Assembly (NCBI RefSeq): GCF_006345805.1
Contig: NC_043003.1
Location: 95,170,001-95,234,000, forward strand
Length of the DNA: 64,000 nt
DNA from: Octopus sinensis
Taxonomy: Eukaryota
Direction of reading: 5' to 3'
Below the pieces are notes generated by a model. The model saw only the letters and a list, made by a program, of their open reading frames with translations. It was not told where the DNA came from and did not search any database. This document shows, piece after piece, positions 25,649 to 37,150 of the stretch. A program made the translations under genes and the position numbers. Position 1 is the first letter of the stretch. Every line of letters begins with the position of its first letter.

Positions 25649-26786
25649 AGGTACTAAGGACATAACAGCAAGTAAAAACCACACTCACAACATACACCAA
25701 CGATCTTTACATCTGATCATCAAGTTTCACCCAAATTCATGCAATAGTTATATATTTATAGTAGACTAACTGCATTTTCATCAAAATCTGTAGTTCTAAA
25801 AGGATTGGGACATTTATTTAAAGCACTCAGTCCACTCTGTAAAGTGGTTGGTGATAGGAAGGGCATGTAACTGTAAAAACCATGCCAAAGTTGACAGTGG
25901 AGTTTGGCACAGTCCTCTAGCTTTCTAGCTCCTGTGAAACTGTCCAACTCATGTTGGCATAGAGGCAAGATGTTAAACGATGATGAAGCACGACAAGAAT
26001 TTAAGAGTTAAATAAAAACAAACTAGTTTGAACTTGCCCACATTTCTCATCAAAAATGATCTCCTGATGTATGTTGGGACTTTCCCAGAATCATCCTATT
26101 ACTTTCCATATTACTTACCTGTATGGCCAACTGATCACATGAAATCATGGTTCAGGAATATTTGATCCCTGTTTATCTCACAAAAATTAACATATATAAG
26201 GCCCTAAACTCTTTCAACAAAGTTTGTTGAGCACTTTTATGTTTTTGTGCTGTAACGTAAGATGAAATTAAGATGTCTCATGAGCTTCCATACAATTTTT
26301 ATTTATCCAATTCCATTCAAGGCTTTGGTTGACTTGAGGCTGTAGTGGAAGACATCTACCCAAGGTACCAAGTAAAGGGATCATAATTCAGAACCAAGCG
26401 ATTGTAAAAACGGCATTTTTAAATATACGACTGTTTTTAGAAGGCATCCTGGCTATTATCAATAGATCCATCACAGTTCATTTTCTTTTAAATTCACACT
26501 GTTCATTATATTATTTCTTCTCAAACATCATCTATGTTATACATCACTGTGTAGACATTTTCTTCTTAGAACTGATTACATTGCCTCATGTTTTGAGCCT
26601 GTTGAACTAAAATATCTATGTTCATCTATAGACTTAAACTTGTCTTCTAACTTTCATACTTCTGGAGCTCCTCAGTTGATAGTATTTACTAGATCAAGTC
26701 TGTCATATGTACTAGTTGAAGTTTAACTAAGGTTGTCATTGAAAAAAACAAATTTTAATGAAATATTTCTTTTTCTTTTGCTAGCC

Positions 26787-26940
26787 ATGGGTAAAATGTT
26801 TGGAAATCTCCACCACATTAGTGGTGTCATTACCTACAGTCTATCTCCATTTGAACAGAAGGCATTTGCTGGAGCTATTTCTCATGGAGTCCCAAATATG
26901 TGGAATCGCTTCAAGGGCCAAGCCTTTCGAGTTTTGCCTC
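26787..26940 (+). CDS. UQCRQ: Cytochrome b-c1 complex subunit 8 (QCR8), coding exon 1
   Basis: MGKMFGNLHHISGVITYSLSPFEQKAFAGAISHGVPNMWNRFKGQAFRVLP; acceptor TTTTGCTAG|CC ATG, donor C|GTAAGT (phase 1, 154 nt). Confidence 0.97.
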
Positions 26941-28989
26941 GTAAGTATTATTAATCAAAAACTTTAAATTTATAAAGAACATTTAAAAGCAAGCTTGAAA
27001 GTAACTGCTTTTTAATGATGACTACTGTATTCTCTCTCACAGTGTGGTGATTGCTGTGTAATATGCATATTATTTCTGTAATATTTTATAAAATCCCTCC
27101 AAAGTTTTGATTACATTAAAATTTAATCCTATTGCATAGGCAGACAAAATATAAATATAATGATCAAAAGCAATTTTAGTGACGGGGTAAGTTGATTACA
27201 TCAACCCCAGTGCTCAATTGGTACCAATTTTATTAACCCCAAAAAGATGAAAGGCAAAGTCAACCTCTGGAATGTGAACTCAGAATGAAAAGACAGATGA
27301 AATGCCACTAAGCATTTTGCTCAGCATGCTAATGATTCCAAAAGTTTGCTGACCTATTGAGAAATGTAATATTGAATTTAAAAAAGGAAATAATTAAAAA
27401 TGTTGAATGAAAACTTTTTATTTACTGAGGCAAAAATAAGTATAAAATTTATACATAGCAATTATAGAATGTTTTGTTTGAACAAAGTTTGTTTTGATAT
27501 ATTTATTACAACACTTATTTAAAGGTGAAGATATAGTTCTACCTTTGCCGTAAAGTTTGTCTTTATATTAATTTTATATAGGTGCTGGTGTGGTTGTGTG
27601 GTAAGAAGCTTGCTTCCCAACCACATGGTTCCAGGTTCAGTCCTACTGTGTGGTGCTTTGAGCAAGTGTATTCTACTATAGCCTTGGGTCAACCAAAGCC
27701 TAATGAGTAGATTTGGTAGATGAAAACTGACAGAAGTCCATTTATATATACATATATGTATGCATTTGTGTATGTGTCTGTATTTGTCCCCAACCATCGC
27801 TTGACAGCCAGTGTTGGTGTGTTTACGTTCCTGTAACTTAGCAGTTTGGCCAAAAGGATCAAAGAATAAGTACCAGGTTTTTAAAAAAATACTGGATCAA
27901 TTAATTCAACTAAAAATACTTTAAGTCTATGCCCCAGCATGGCCACAGTCCAATGACTGAAACAAGTAAAAGATATTAATCAATGTTGCAGTCTAGATAA
28001 CTTGTATAGTAGTTTATAAACTTAATCTATAGTATATTTTGTGTTATTTACTTACCACTTTGGAACTTCTCATATCAATTCTCAGTATTCTTAACAGTCT
28101 GAGAGCAACCTTCTGAAAAGCTAGAGAAATCTAGATGTGTGTTGAGGAATTGAAAATTTATAGGAATGTAACTGTTGAAAACAAGTTCACTGCTTAGGTC
28201 TTAAGAATTGTTACTGAATCTGCTTTTTATATTGGCTTGTGAAGACCTGTTGAGGCAAGTGAAATCGAAATCTAATTCGATGACAGGCATCCATGCTAGT
28301 GGAGCACTAAGAGCACTATCTGAGCGTGATTGTTGCCAGAGCAACAAACTGGCTTCTATGCTGGTGGCATGTAAAAAGCACCATTCAAGTGTGATTGTTA
28401 CCTGCGTTGCCTTACTGGCACTTGTGGTGGTGGCATGTGGAAAAACATTCGTGCGAGGTCATTGCCAGTGCCACTGGACTGGCTCCTGTGGAGGTGGCAC
28501 GTAAAAAGCACCATTTGAGTGTTGCCGTTGCCAGTACCACCTGACTGGCCCTCGTACCAGTGGCATGTAAAAGCACCCACTACACAAACGAAGTGGTTGG
28601 TGTTAGGAAGGGCATGCAGCTTTAGAAACTCTGCCAGATCAGTATTGGAGCCTGGTTCAGCCATCTGGTTTGCCAGACCTCAGTCAAATCATCCAACCCA
28701 TGCTAGCATGGAAAGCAGACGTTAAACAATGATGATGATAATAAAAAAAATCACTTAAAATTTTATCTACTTAGAGTGATATACTACAACGTGCTGGGAT
28801 GCATCCTTCTTCAGACTTTCACTTGTACTCACCTTCTCTGCATAGAACAAAATTTCTGTTCTAGTTTTTGTTGAAGTGGTAAAAGGAGGATACACACACA
28901 CATGCACATAAGTTTAACAAATTAGAGAATGATACTTTATATAGGTTGTAAGTATATTTATTCGAGGTTGAAGAAGAGAATCTCCATCT

Positions 28990-29035
<46 letters not shown>

Positions 29036-29593
29036 CCTCCCTCCCTCCCTCTCTCTCACACACATACATGCATGTGCATACGCACGTGTGTGTGACAACA
29101 AAAGAAGTAGACCTCAATATCATTGAATTAGAGGAATCATCAACATTTCATGTTCATTTTCCATGCTGGTGTGGGTTGGACAACTTGACAGGAGCTGGCA
29201 AGGTCAGAGGTCACACCAAGTTCCATAGTCTGTTTTTGCATGGTTTCTACAGCTGGATGCCCTTCCTTATGCCACCACTTTACAAAGTGTACTGGGTTCT
29301 TTTATGCACCATCACCAATGCTTTTTACCTGGTGCCAGCACCTGTGTTTTTTATGTGGACCCCAGCACCCACACCAATGCTTTTTACGTGGCATCTTTGT
29401 TTTAGGATATGGAAGGTTCACATACAACACTCCATGTTACCTGGCAAGCCACGGGCATGAAGTTGTTCAATTGCTGATTGGTAAACACCTGTGACTCCGT
29501 TTGTCAGCTGTTGTATGCTGAGAAAAATTAGTTCTACCTCAAAATGTGACACATTTTATCGTCCAAGGTGAACAACTCTGCTTGACTTGGCAA

Positions 29594-29625
<32 letters not shown>

Positions 29626-29639
29626 TTAGAGAGAGAGAG

Positions 29640-30015
29640 AGAGAGCACTCCATCGGTTACGACGATGAGTGTTCCAGTTGATCCAATCAACGCAACAGCC
29701 TGCTTGTGAAATTAATGTGCAAGTGGCTGAGCTCTCCACAGACACATATACCTTTAACATAGTTCTCGGGGAGATTCAGCGTGACACAATGTGTGACAAG
29801 GCTAGCCTTTTGAAATACAGATATGACAGAAACAGGAAGAAAGAGTGAGAGAAAGTTGTGGTGAAAGAGTACTGCAGGGTTCACCACTATCCCTTGCCAA
29901 AGCCTCGTGGAGCTTTAGGTGTTTTCGCTCAATAAACACTCACAACACCTGGTCTGGGAATCGAAACCACGATCCTAAAACTGCGAGTCTGCTGCCCTAG
30001 CCACTGGGCCATTGC
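29640..30015 (-). mobile_element. tRNA-derived SINE, family C
   Basis: Minus-strand head TGGCCCAGTGG..GGTTTCGATTCCC; body shared with about 37245-37525. Confidence 0.7.
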
Positions 30016-30027
30016 AATATATAGCAA

Positions 30028-30753
30028 TAATAAATCTCTGAGCGAGATGTAAACAGTAGCAGAACGACATTGTGAAGTATATTTGCTACCTAAATGTGGC
30101 TGACCCATAGAGGATGATGCTACTTTTGTTTATAGCCCCAGCAAGACATCTCCTCCATGGCAAACAACACACTATGTTCGATCAGTATTTGCGAATGGAA
30201 ATCATTGTTCCCATCTCTAGCCTTACGTGATACACATTGACCTGGGTTTCTGGTTAGTAACCCGTCATCAGCGTGTGACAGTTACCAGCTAGGGATGGGA
30301 ACTGATTCCATACGCAAAATACTATATGCTTTTTCCAGTGACAAACCGTCGCTGACCCCTGTGGGTCAGCCACCTTTTGGTGGCTAATATACTTCACAAT
30401 ATCATGCTGCTACTGTTTACATCTTGTTCAGAGATTTCTTATTGCATGTTTCTCCTTTTTCGAGATCAGTTTGTCACAGGAAAAAGCATATAGTAATTTG
30501 TGTTTGGAATCATTTCCCATCCCTAGCTGGTGATTGTCACACGCTGATGACGGGTTACTACCCAGAAACTTGGGTCTGTGTGTATCACTTAAGGATAGAG
30601 ATGGGAACGATGATTTTCCCCTTGCAAATACTGATCGGACACAGACTGTGTGTCATTAGCCAGCAGGAGGAGATGTCTTTCTGGAGCTATAAACAACAGT
30701 AGCATCGTCCCCTATGGGTCAACCACATTTAGGTGGCAAATATACTTCACAAT
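30028..30753. mobile_element. Compound foldback element related to 21800-22135
   Basis: About 30068-30345 is the reverse complement of about 30468-30753; shares terminus AAATCTCTGA.CGAGATGTAAACAGTA with 21800. Confidence 0.75.
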
Positions 30754-30784
30754 ATATATATATATACACACACATATATATATA

Positions 30785-32195
30785 TCATCATCATCATCAT
30801 CATCGTTTAACGTCCGCTTTCCGCGCTAGCACGGGTTGGACGGTTCGACCGGGTCTGGGAAGCCAGGGGCCGCTCCAGGCTCCAGTCTGAATCTGGCAGA
30901 GTTTCTACGGCTGGATGCCCTTCCTAACGCCAACCACTCCGTGAGTGGATTGGGTGCTTTTTACGTGCCACCTGCACAGGGGCCGGAGGGTCCGGCATCG
31001 TCACGATCGGTTCGAGCATTTTAACGTGTCAGCGGCACGGGGGCAACGAGGTCCGGGGTACTTTGGGGATCCGGGGTACTTAGAATGGGTAGGGGGTATG
31101 TGGAATTGCTGCAGAAAGCAGCCCGGGTCTTTGTAGTCACAGCATATCTCCAGAGATCTCGGTCCTTCGCCATTGCCTCAGTGAGGCCCAATGCTCTGAG
31201 GTCATGCTTGACCACCTCATCCCATGTCTTCCTGGGTCTACCTCTCCCCCTGATACCTTCAACTGTTTGGGAGTGGCACTTCTTCACACATCTCTCTTCA
31301 TCCATCCGCAGCACATGACCATACCATCGCAAGCGTCGCTCTTGCACACCACATCTGATGCTTCTTATATCCAGCATTTCTCTCAGGATGCTTACACTCT
31401 GTCTTGCGTGCACACTGACACTACACATCCAGCGGATCATGCTAGCTTCATTTCTTTCAAGTCTACGCATGTCTTCTGCAGTCACAGCCCATGTTTCATT
31501 ACCGTGAAGCATGGCAGTTCGCACACATGCATCATACAATCTACCTTTTGCTCTGAGGGAGAGACCTTTTGTTGCCAGTAGGGGTAGGAGCTTTCTGAAC
31601 TTTGCCCAGGCTATTCGTATTCTAGTGGTGATACTCTCTGTGCATCCACCTCCGCTACTAACTTGGTCACCCAGGTAGCGGAAACTATCAACTACTTCTA
31701 GTTTCTCTCCCTGGAGTGTGATGGAATCTGTTTTCTGAGTGTCTGTTGTGTCTATTGTCCCTGTGCATCTGCCGCACATGAAAGCTATCTTATCTGTTAA
31801 TTTCCCTTTAATGTTGCTGCACCTCTTATGTGTCCATAACTTACATTGGGTGCATCTTATGGAGTTTCTACCTGTACCTTTCCTACAGGTTGAGCAGGGC
31901 CACCTACCCGAGGGGATGTGTGCTGAGTACCTCTTGCTGCTTACTAATACTTTGGTCTTTGCTACATTTATTCTAAGGCCCTTTGATTCCAACCCTTGCT
32001 TCCACACCCGAAATTTCTCTTCTAGTTCCGGTAGTGATTCTGCTATGAGAGCTAGGTCATCGGCATAGAGGAGCTCCCAGGGGCATCCCGTTTTGAATTC
32101 CTCTGTTATTGCCTGAAGGACTATGATGAATAAAAGGGGACTGAGGGCTGAGCCCTGGTGCACACCTACTTCTACCCGGAATTCTTCACTATATA
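30785..32195 (-). mobile_element. 5'-truncated RTE-clade LINE with uninterrupted RT C-terminal ORF (31021-32163)
   Basis: GVHQGSALSPLLF, LYADD, C4HC3 PHD-like finger, RLRWYGHVLRM, GRGRPRKTW; (CAT)n tail at 30785. Confidence 0.95.
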
Positions 32196-33804
32196 TGTAT
32201 GTGTGTGTGTTTGAGTTGGGGATGATGTTAAAACTATATCAATTATGAAAATAAAATATAAAAACTGTGATGAATTGATTGATAGTCAAACAGATATATG
32301 TAGATCGATAGACAAATATAGACAGAAAGGCAGACAAATAGATATGCTTATACAGAAAGACAGGTAGACAGACTCAAACATCATCATCGTTTAACGTCCG
32401 CTTTCCATGCTAGCATGGGTTAGACGATTTTGACTGAGGGCTGGCAAACCAGATGGCTGCACCAGGCTCCAATCTTGATTTGGCAGAGTTTCAACAGCTG
32501 GATGCCCTTCCTAACACCAACCACTCCGAGAGTGTAGTGGGTGCTTTTTACATGCCACCAGCACGGGGGCCAGTCGGGCAGTACTGGCAATGACCTCACT
32601 CGAATCTTTTTACACATGCCACCAGCACAGGTGCCAGTAAGGCGACGCTGGTAATGATCACGCTCGAATGGTGCCTTTTTACGTGCCACTGGCACGGAAG
32701 CCAGTTGGCTGCTCTGGATGGTGCTCTTGGTACCGTACTTGCACGGGCACAAGTGAGATATGTGGGGAGGTAAGTAAACTGAAACACACACACACAGATA
32801 GTCAGAAACAGATAGGTAGATACACAGATAAGCAGACTGATAGACCATGAAAAGTAAACAAGGGAAAAGGAATGCTTATTTGTATTGAAATTCCTATTGT
32901 TTCCATGTAATAAGTTAGCTCAGTAAGTTAACTAAATGTTTTTAACGATCATGTTGGGAACTATATCTGTGTGTGTGTATTTATAGAGAGACAGACAGAC
33001 ATATATAGCCTTGTGAGTAGATTTGGTAGTCAGAAACTGGACACACATACACACATGCGTCCACACAAATATATACATATATGTGTATGTATTTGTCCCT
33101 CACCCCACCTTTTGACAACCAGTGTTGGCTTGTTTACATCCCTGTAACTTAGTGGTTCATTAACAAAAAAAGAACGACTTGATAGGATCAGTACCAACTG
33201 TAAAAAGAGAAAGGAAAAGTACTGGGTTCATTCTGTTAGGCCTTCAAGGTTGTGCTCTAGCTTGGCTGTCATCCATTGCATAACAGGAGTAAAGACAATG
33301 ATGTGATTAAAGCAACTTGATATTTTAATTCCTCAGCTGATCAAATCCTATCGCCTATATAGATTGGCCTTATTGACTGCTGTAACCTAATACATTTCAA
33401 CCTAAAAATGTTCAGCTATTATATTTGTTTTGATATATGGTTTGTAAAACTAAGGTGGCAAGCTGGCAGAATTGTGAGCACACCAAATGAAATGCTGTGA
33501 AATGCTGCTAAGCATTTTGTCTGTCTTTATGTTCTGAGTTCAAATTCTGCCATGGTCGATTTTGCCTTTCATTCTTTTGGGGTCAATAAAATAAGTATTA
33601 GTTGGGTACTGGGGTTCAATGTAATGGACCTACTCTATTCCGTGAACTTGCTGACCCTATATCAGAATTTGAAACTGATATATAGTTTGTAAAACTGTAT
33701 TTTGTTAATATGTTTTTGTTTTAACATGTTAAACTTTTTCCTTGTTGTAAAATTTTCATTATCATTTTTTACAATTTTAAAATTTTCCATTTTGTTATTT
33801 TCAG

Positions 33805-33899
33805 CATTGATTTTTTGTTACTTGGTCTATGACTATGGAGAGAAACTACACAGTGATTCCTTGAAGAAGAACCCTAAGGATTTTGAAAATGATGAATAA
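33805..33899 (+). CDS. UQCRQ: QCR8 coding exon 2
   Basis: Acceptor TTTTCAG|CA; PLIFCYLVYDYGEKLHSDSLKKNPKDFENDE*; 154+95=249 nt gives 82 aa; phases match. Confidence 0.97.
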
Positions 33900-33931
33900 T
33901 GAAATACAAAAATTGAAGTTTTACTATTTAG

Positions 33932-33937
33932 AATAAA
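33932..33937 (+). terminator. Putative polyadenylation signal of UQCRQ
   Basis: AATAAA 33 nt after the stop codon. Confidence 0.6.
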
Positions 33938-35329
33938 TCCTCTTGTTAAAGTCTTTTTCTTCTTTCATTTCATGTGTGACTTAAGTCCTGCATTTGGTAT
34001 TCTTTATATTTTACTGAAAATTTCCACTACAAGTTTCATCATTATTTTGTTTAGTTGTTGAAGCCCATTTTAAATTGTCTATAGTGAGGTTAAACTGTAT
34101 GGTTTGTTCATGCATTTTGTCCGTTTTTCCATGCTAGCATGGATCAAACCAGTATATTATTGAATGCTGTTCTTGTCACTAACATTTTCCTGCATTTCAA
34201 GTAAGGGATTCTTTTCTTCTCATCTTTGAAGGCACAAAGGCAGCTGAAAATTTGGTGACCATGTCAATTACAACACCACTGCTTGTAGCTTGGCAATTTT
34301 TAGAGAAGCACAAATGCAAATGCACTCAGATACATACAGGCACATATACTACTAAAGACACAAGGTCTGAAATTGTTGGGTGGGGGTGTTAGTTGATTAC
34401 ATCGACCCCAGGGTTCAACTGGTACTTAATTTATTGACCCCAAAAGGTTGAAAGGCAAAGTCGACCAAGGCAGAATTTGAACTCAGAACATAGTGATGGG
34501 CAAAATACTGCTGAGCATTTCGTCCAGTGCACTAACGATTCTGCCAGCCCGCTGCCTTTACAAGCACATATAATAATAATTATGTTTGTATACATATGCA
34601 TACTTATGTATATGGACATGCATACATGTGTGCACATACATGTATGCATATGTATGAAAGTAATGATAAATTCAATGAAAAAGTTGAATGGATAGAATTA
34701 GAATAGGGATACTTCAAGCATGTTGAACAAAAGCTTTATGAAATCAATGGTGAAGTACTAGAAACCTTTAATACGCGACCCCTCTCCCCCACCCAAAAAA
34801 AAAAAAACCAATCAGGAAATTCCCCAGGCCTGGCTCTCATTACAGGTTATTGGTTCAAAATCTCAACTTTTATCTCTGAGATTTAAATGCAATGTATATA
34901 ATGAGTATCAAGGGAATGTTAAACAAGAGTGGCTGTGTGGTAAGTAGCTTGTTTACCAACCACCTGGTTCCGGGTTCAGTCCCACTGCGTGGCACCTTGG
35001 GCAACTGTCTTCTACTATAGCCTCGGGCCGACCAAAGCCTTGTGAGTGGATTTGGTAGACGGAAACTGAAAGCCCATCGTATATATGTATATATATATAT
35101 ATATGCGTGTATGTGTTTGTCCCCTTAGCATTGCTTGACAACCGATGCTGGTGTGTTTATGTCCCTGTTACTTAGCAGCTTGGCAAAAGAGACCGATAGA
35201 ATAAGTACTGGGCTTATAAAGGAATAAGTCGTGGGGTCGATTTGCTCGATTAAAGGCGGTGCTCCAGCATGGCCACAGTCGGATGGCTGAAACAAGTAAA
35301 AGAGTAAAGAGAAAGAGTATATCTGTCAG

Positions 35330-37150
35330 CCTTCTCATCCTTAAAGATAATAAAACCATTGCAAAAAATTACCACCCAGTAGCTTGCCAAAACATCATGT
35401 ATAAGATGTACACCGGGTGCTTTAACCTGTACCACCAGCTGTATTCTAACTCCTGAACAATGGTGGGGAAAGAAGGAAGTGTCGAACATCTACTAATTCA
35501 TAAAATGATACAATAAAAAGCTGCAGAAATGTGACTTTGGTGTGGTTAGACTACCAGAAAGCCTTTGATAACAAACTACATAGGAAGGCAGCGAGCTGGC
35601 AGAACCGTTAGCATGCCGGACGAAATGTGTAGCCGTATTTCGTTTGTTGTTACGTTCTGAGTTCAAATTCTGCCTAGGTCAACTTTGCCTTTCATCCTTT
35701 CGGGGTCAATAAATTAAGTACCAGTTATGCACTGGGGTTGATGTGATGGACTTAATCTGTTTGTCTGTCCTTGTTTGTTCCCTCTATGTTTAGCCCCTTG
35801 TGGGTAATAAGGAAACAGTGTGCCGGTGGCACGTAAAAAGCATCCACTACACACGGAGTGGTTGGCATTAGGAAGGGCATCCAGCTGTAGAAACACTGCC
35901 AGATCAGACTGGAGCCTGGTGCAGCCTTCTGGCTTCCCAGACCCCAGTTGAACCGTCCAAACCATGCTAGCATGGAAAGCGGACGTTAAACGATGATGAT
36001 GATGATGATAACATACTACATAGGCAGATTATCAAAGCTCTGCAATTAGCCAGTTTCACTACTCTTAACTACCTTCTACCAAAAACAGGTAAACCTCCCT
36101 ACTTACAGTTAACGACGAACATACCAAATCTGACACCATACATTACCAAAAGGGCACACTTCAAGGTGATTGCTTGTCAGTACTGCACTTTGTTCTCATT
36201 AAATCCCTTATCACATCTGATCACAAAAACATTGGTATAGAAATGAGTCCAGTAATATCTCTCACCTTTTCTTTGTTGATGTCATGAAACTGGATGTTGC
36301 CAAGTATTAACCACATCAAAAACAAAAAACGTGTTCTTATAATTCAATTTTCTAAAGACTTTGGATAAAATATGGTGAGTCCCAATGTGCATTTTTGCTG
36401 GTAAAACATGGTAAACATGCTTTACTCCAAGACATTAAACATGAATGACCTCAATATACAATGTTTATTTTCTGGTGAAAGCTACAAAAGAGTTCAAAAA
36501 AATTTTGGTCTTCTGAACTTTCAGCTTACAAGAAGTATATTGTCCAAAACAACTTTTCAATGCCTTCCCAACTGCCTACTGATGACCTTCTAAACTGGTC
36601 ACTGCAAGGACTCAATGAGATATACATACAAACTCACAGGCTGTTTAGTGTTACTGAAAAATTCAACATCAGTAGAGTTGCAGACAGGCTATTCTTCCCA
36701 TGCAGTGATAATTGCTGTGTTAAATATGTATGAAGGCATGAAATGAAGCAGAGAAAAGGGGCTTGTAACATTTTGCTCAAGTTTGCCAGCACAAAAGGAC
36801 ATATTTGAATAGCTAATGAAAAGAGAGCTGATCCTGATCTTTCCTTGTGGAACATTAATAAATTCTATTAAATGGAAAGAAAAATGGTGGAACAAATTCA
36901 CTGTGACAGATCTGTATGGGTACTTGGTATGAAGGACCCAACCATAGAGGAAATAAAGCTTGGCATGGGGTATCAAGAAGTTTATGACATTCCACTTTGA
37001 AGATCTTCCATGCAATTTGAAAGCAAGAGATCCCCAATAAATACCAGCAGCATAAAAGGCAGAATACATTAACAGAGCAAATGAAGGCTGTGTAAAACTA
37101 AAACTTGACAGCATAATTGCCAACTGTGGGAGAATGTCTTTTAGATATTA
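35330..37150 (+). mobile_element. Decayed RT of an R4/R2-like (RLE-type) LINE, interrupted by a SINE
   Basis: NYHPVACQNIMYKMYT, WLDYQKAFD, GTLQGDCLSVLHF, SHLF(F)VDVMKL; reading resumes after the insertion at 35586-36010; clade assignment inferred. Confidence 0.7.
35586..36010 (+). mobile_element. Chimera: family-A SINE fused to RTE 3' tail
   Basis: SINE body ends about 35815 and runs directly into GGTGGCACGTAAAAAGCA..AAACGATGATG. Confidence 0.75.
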
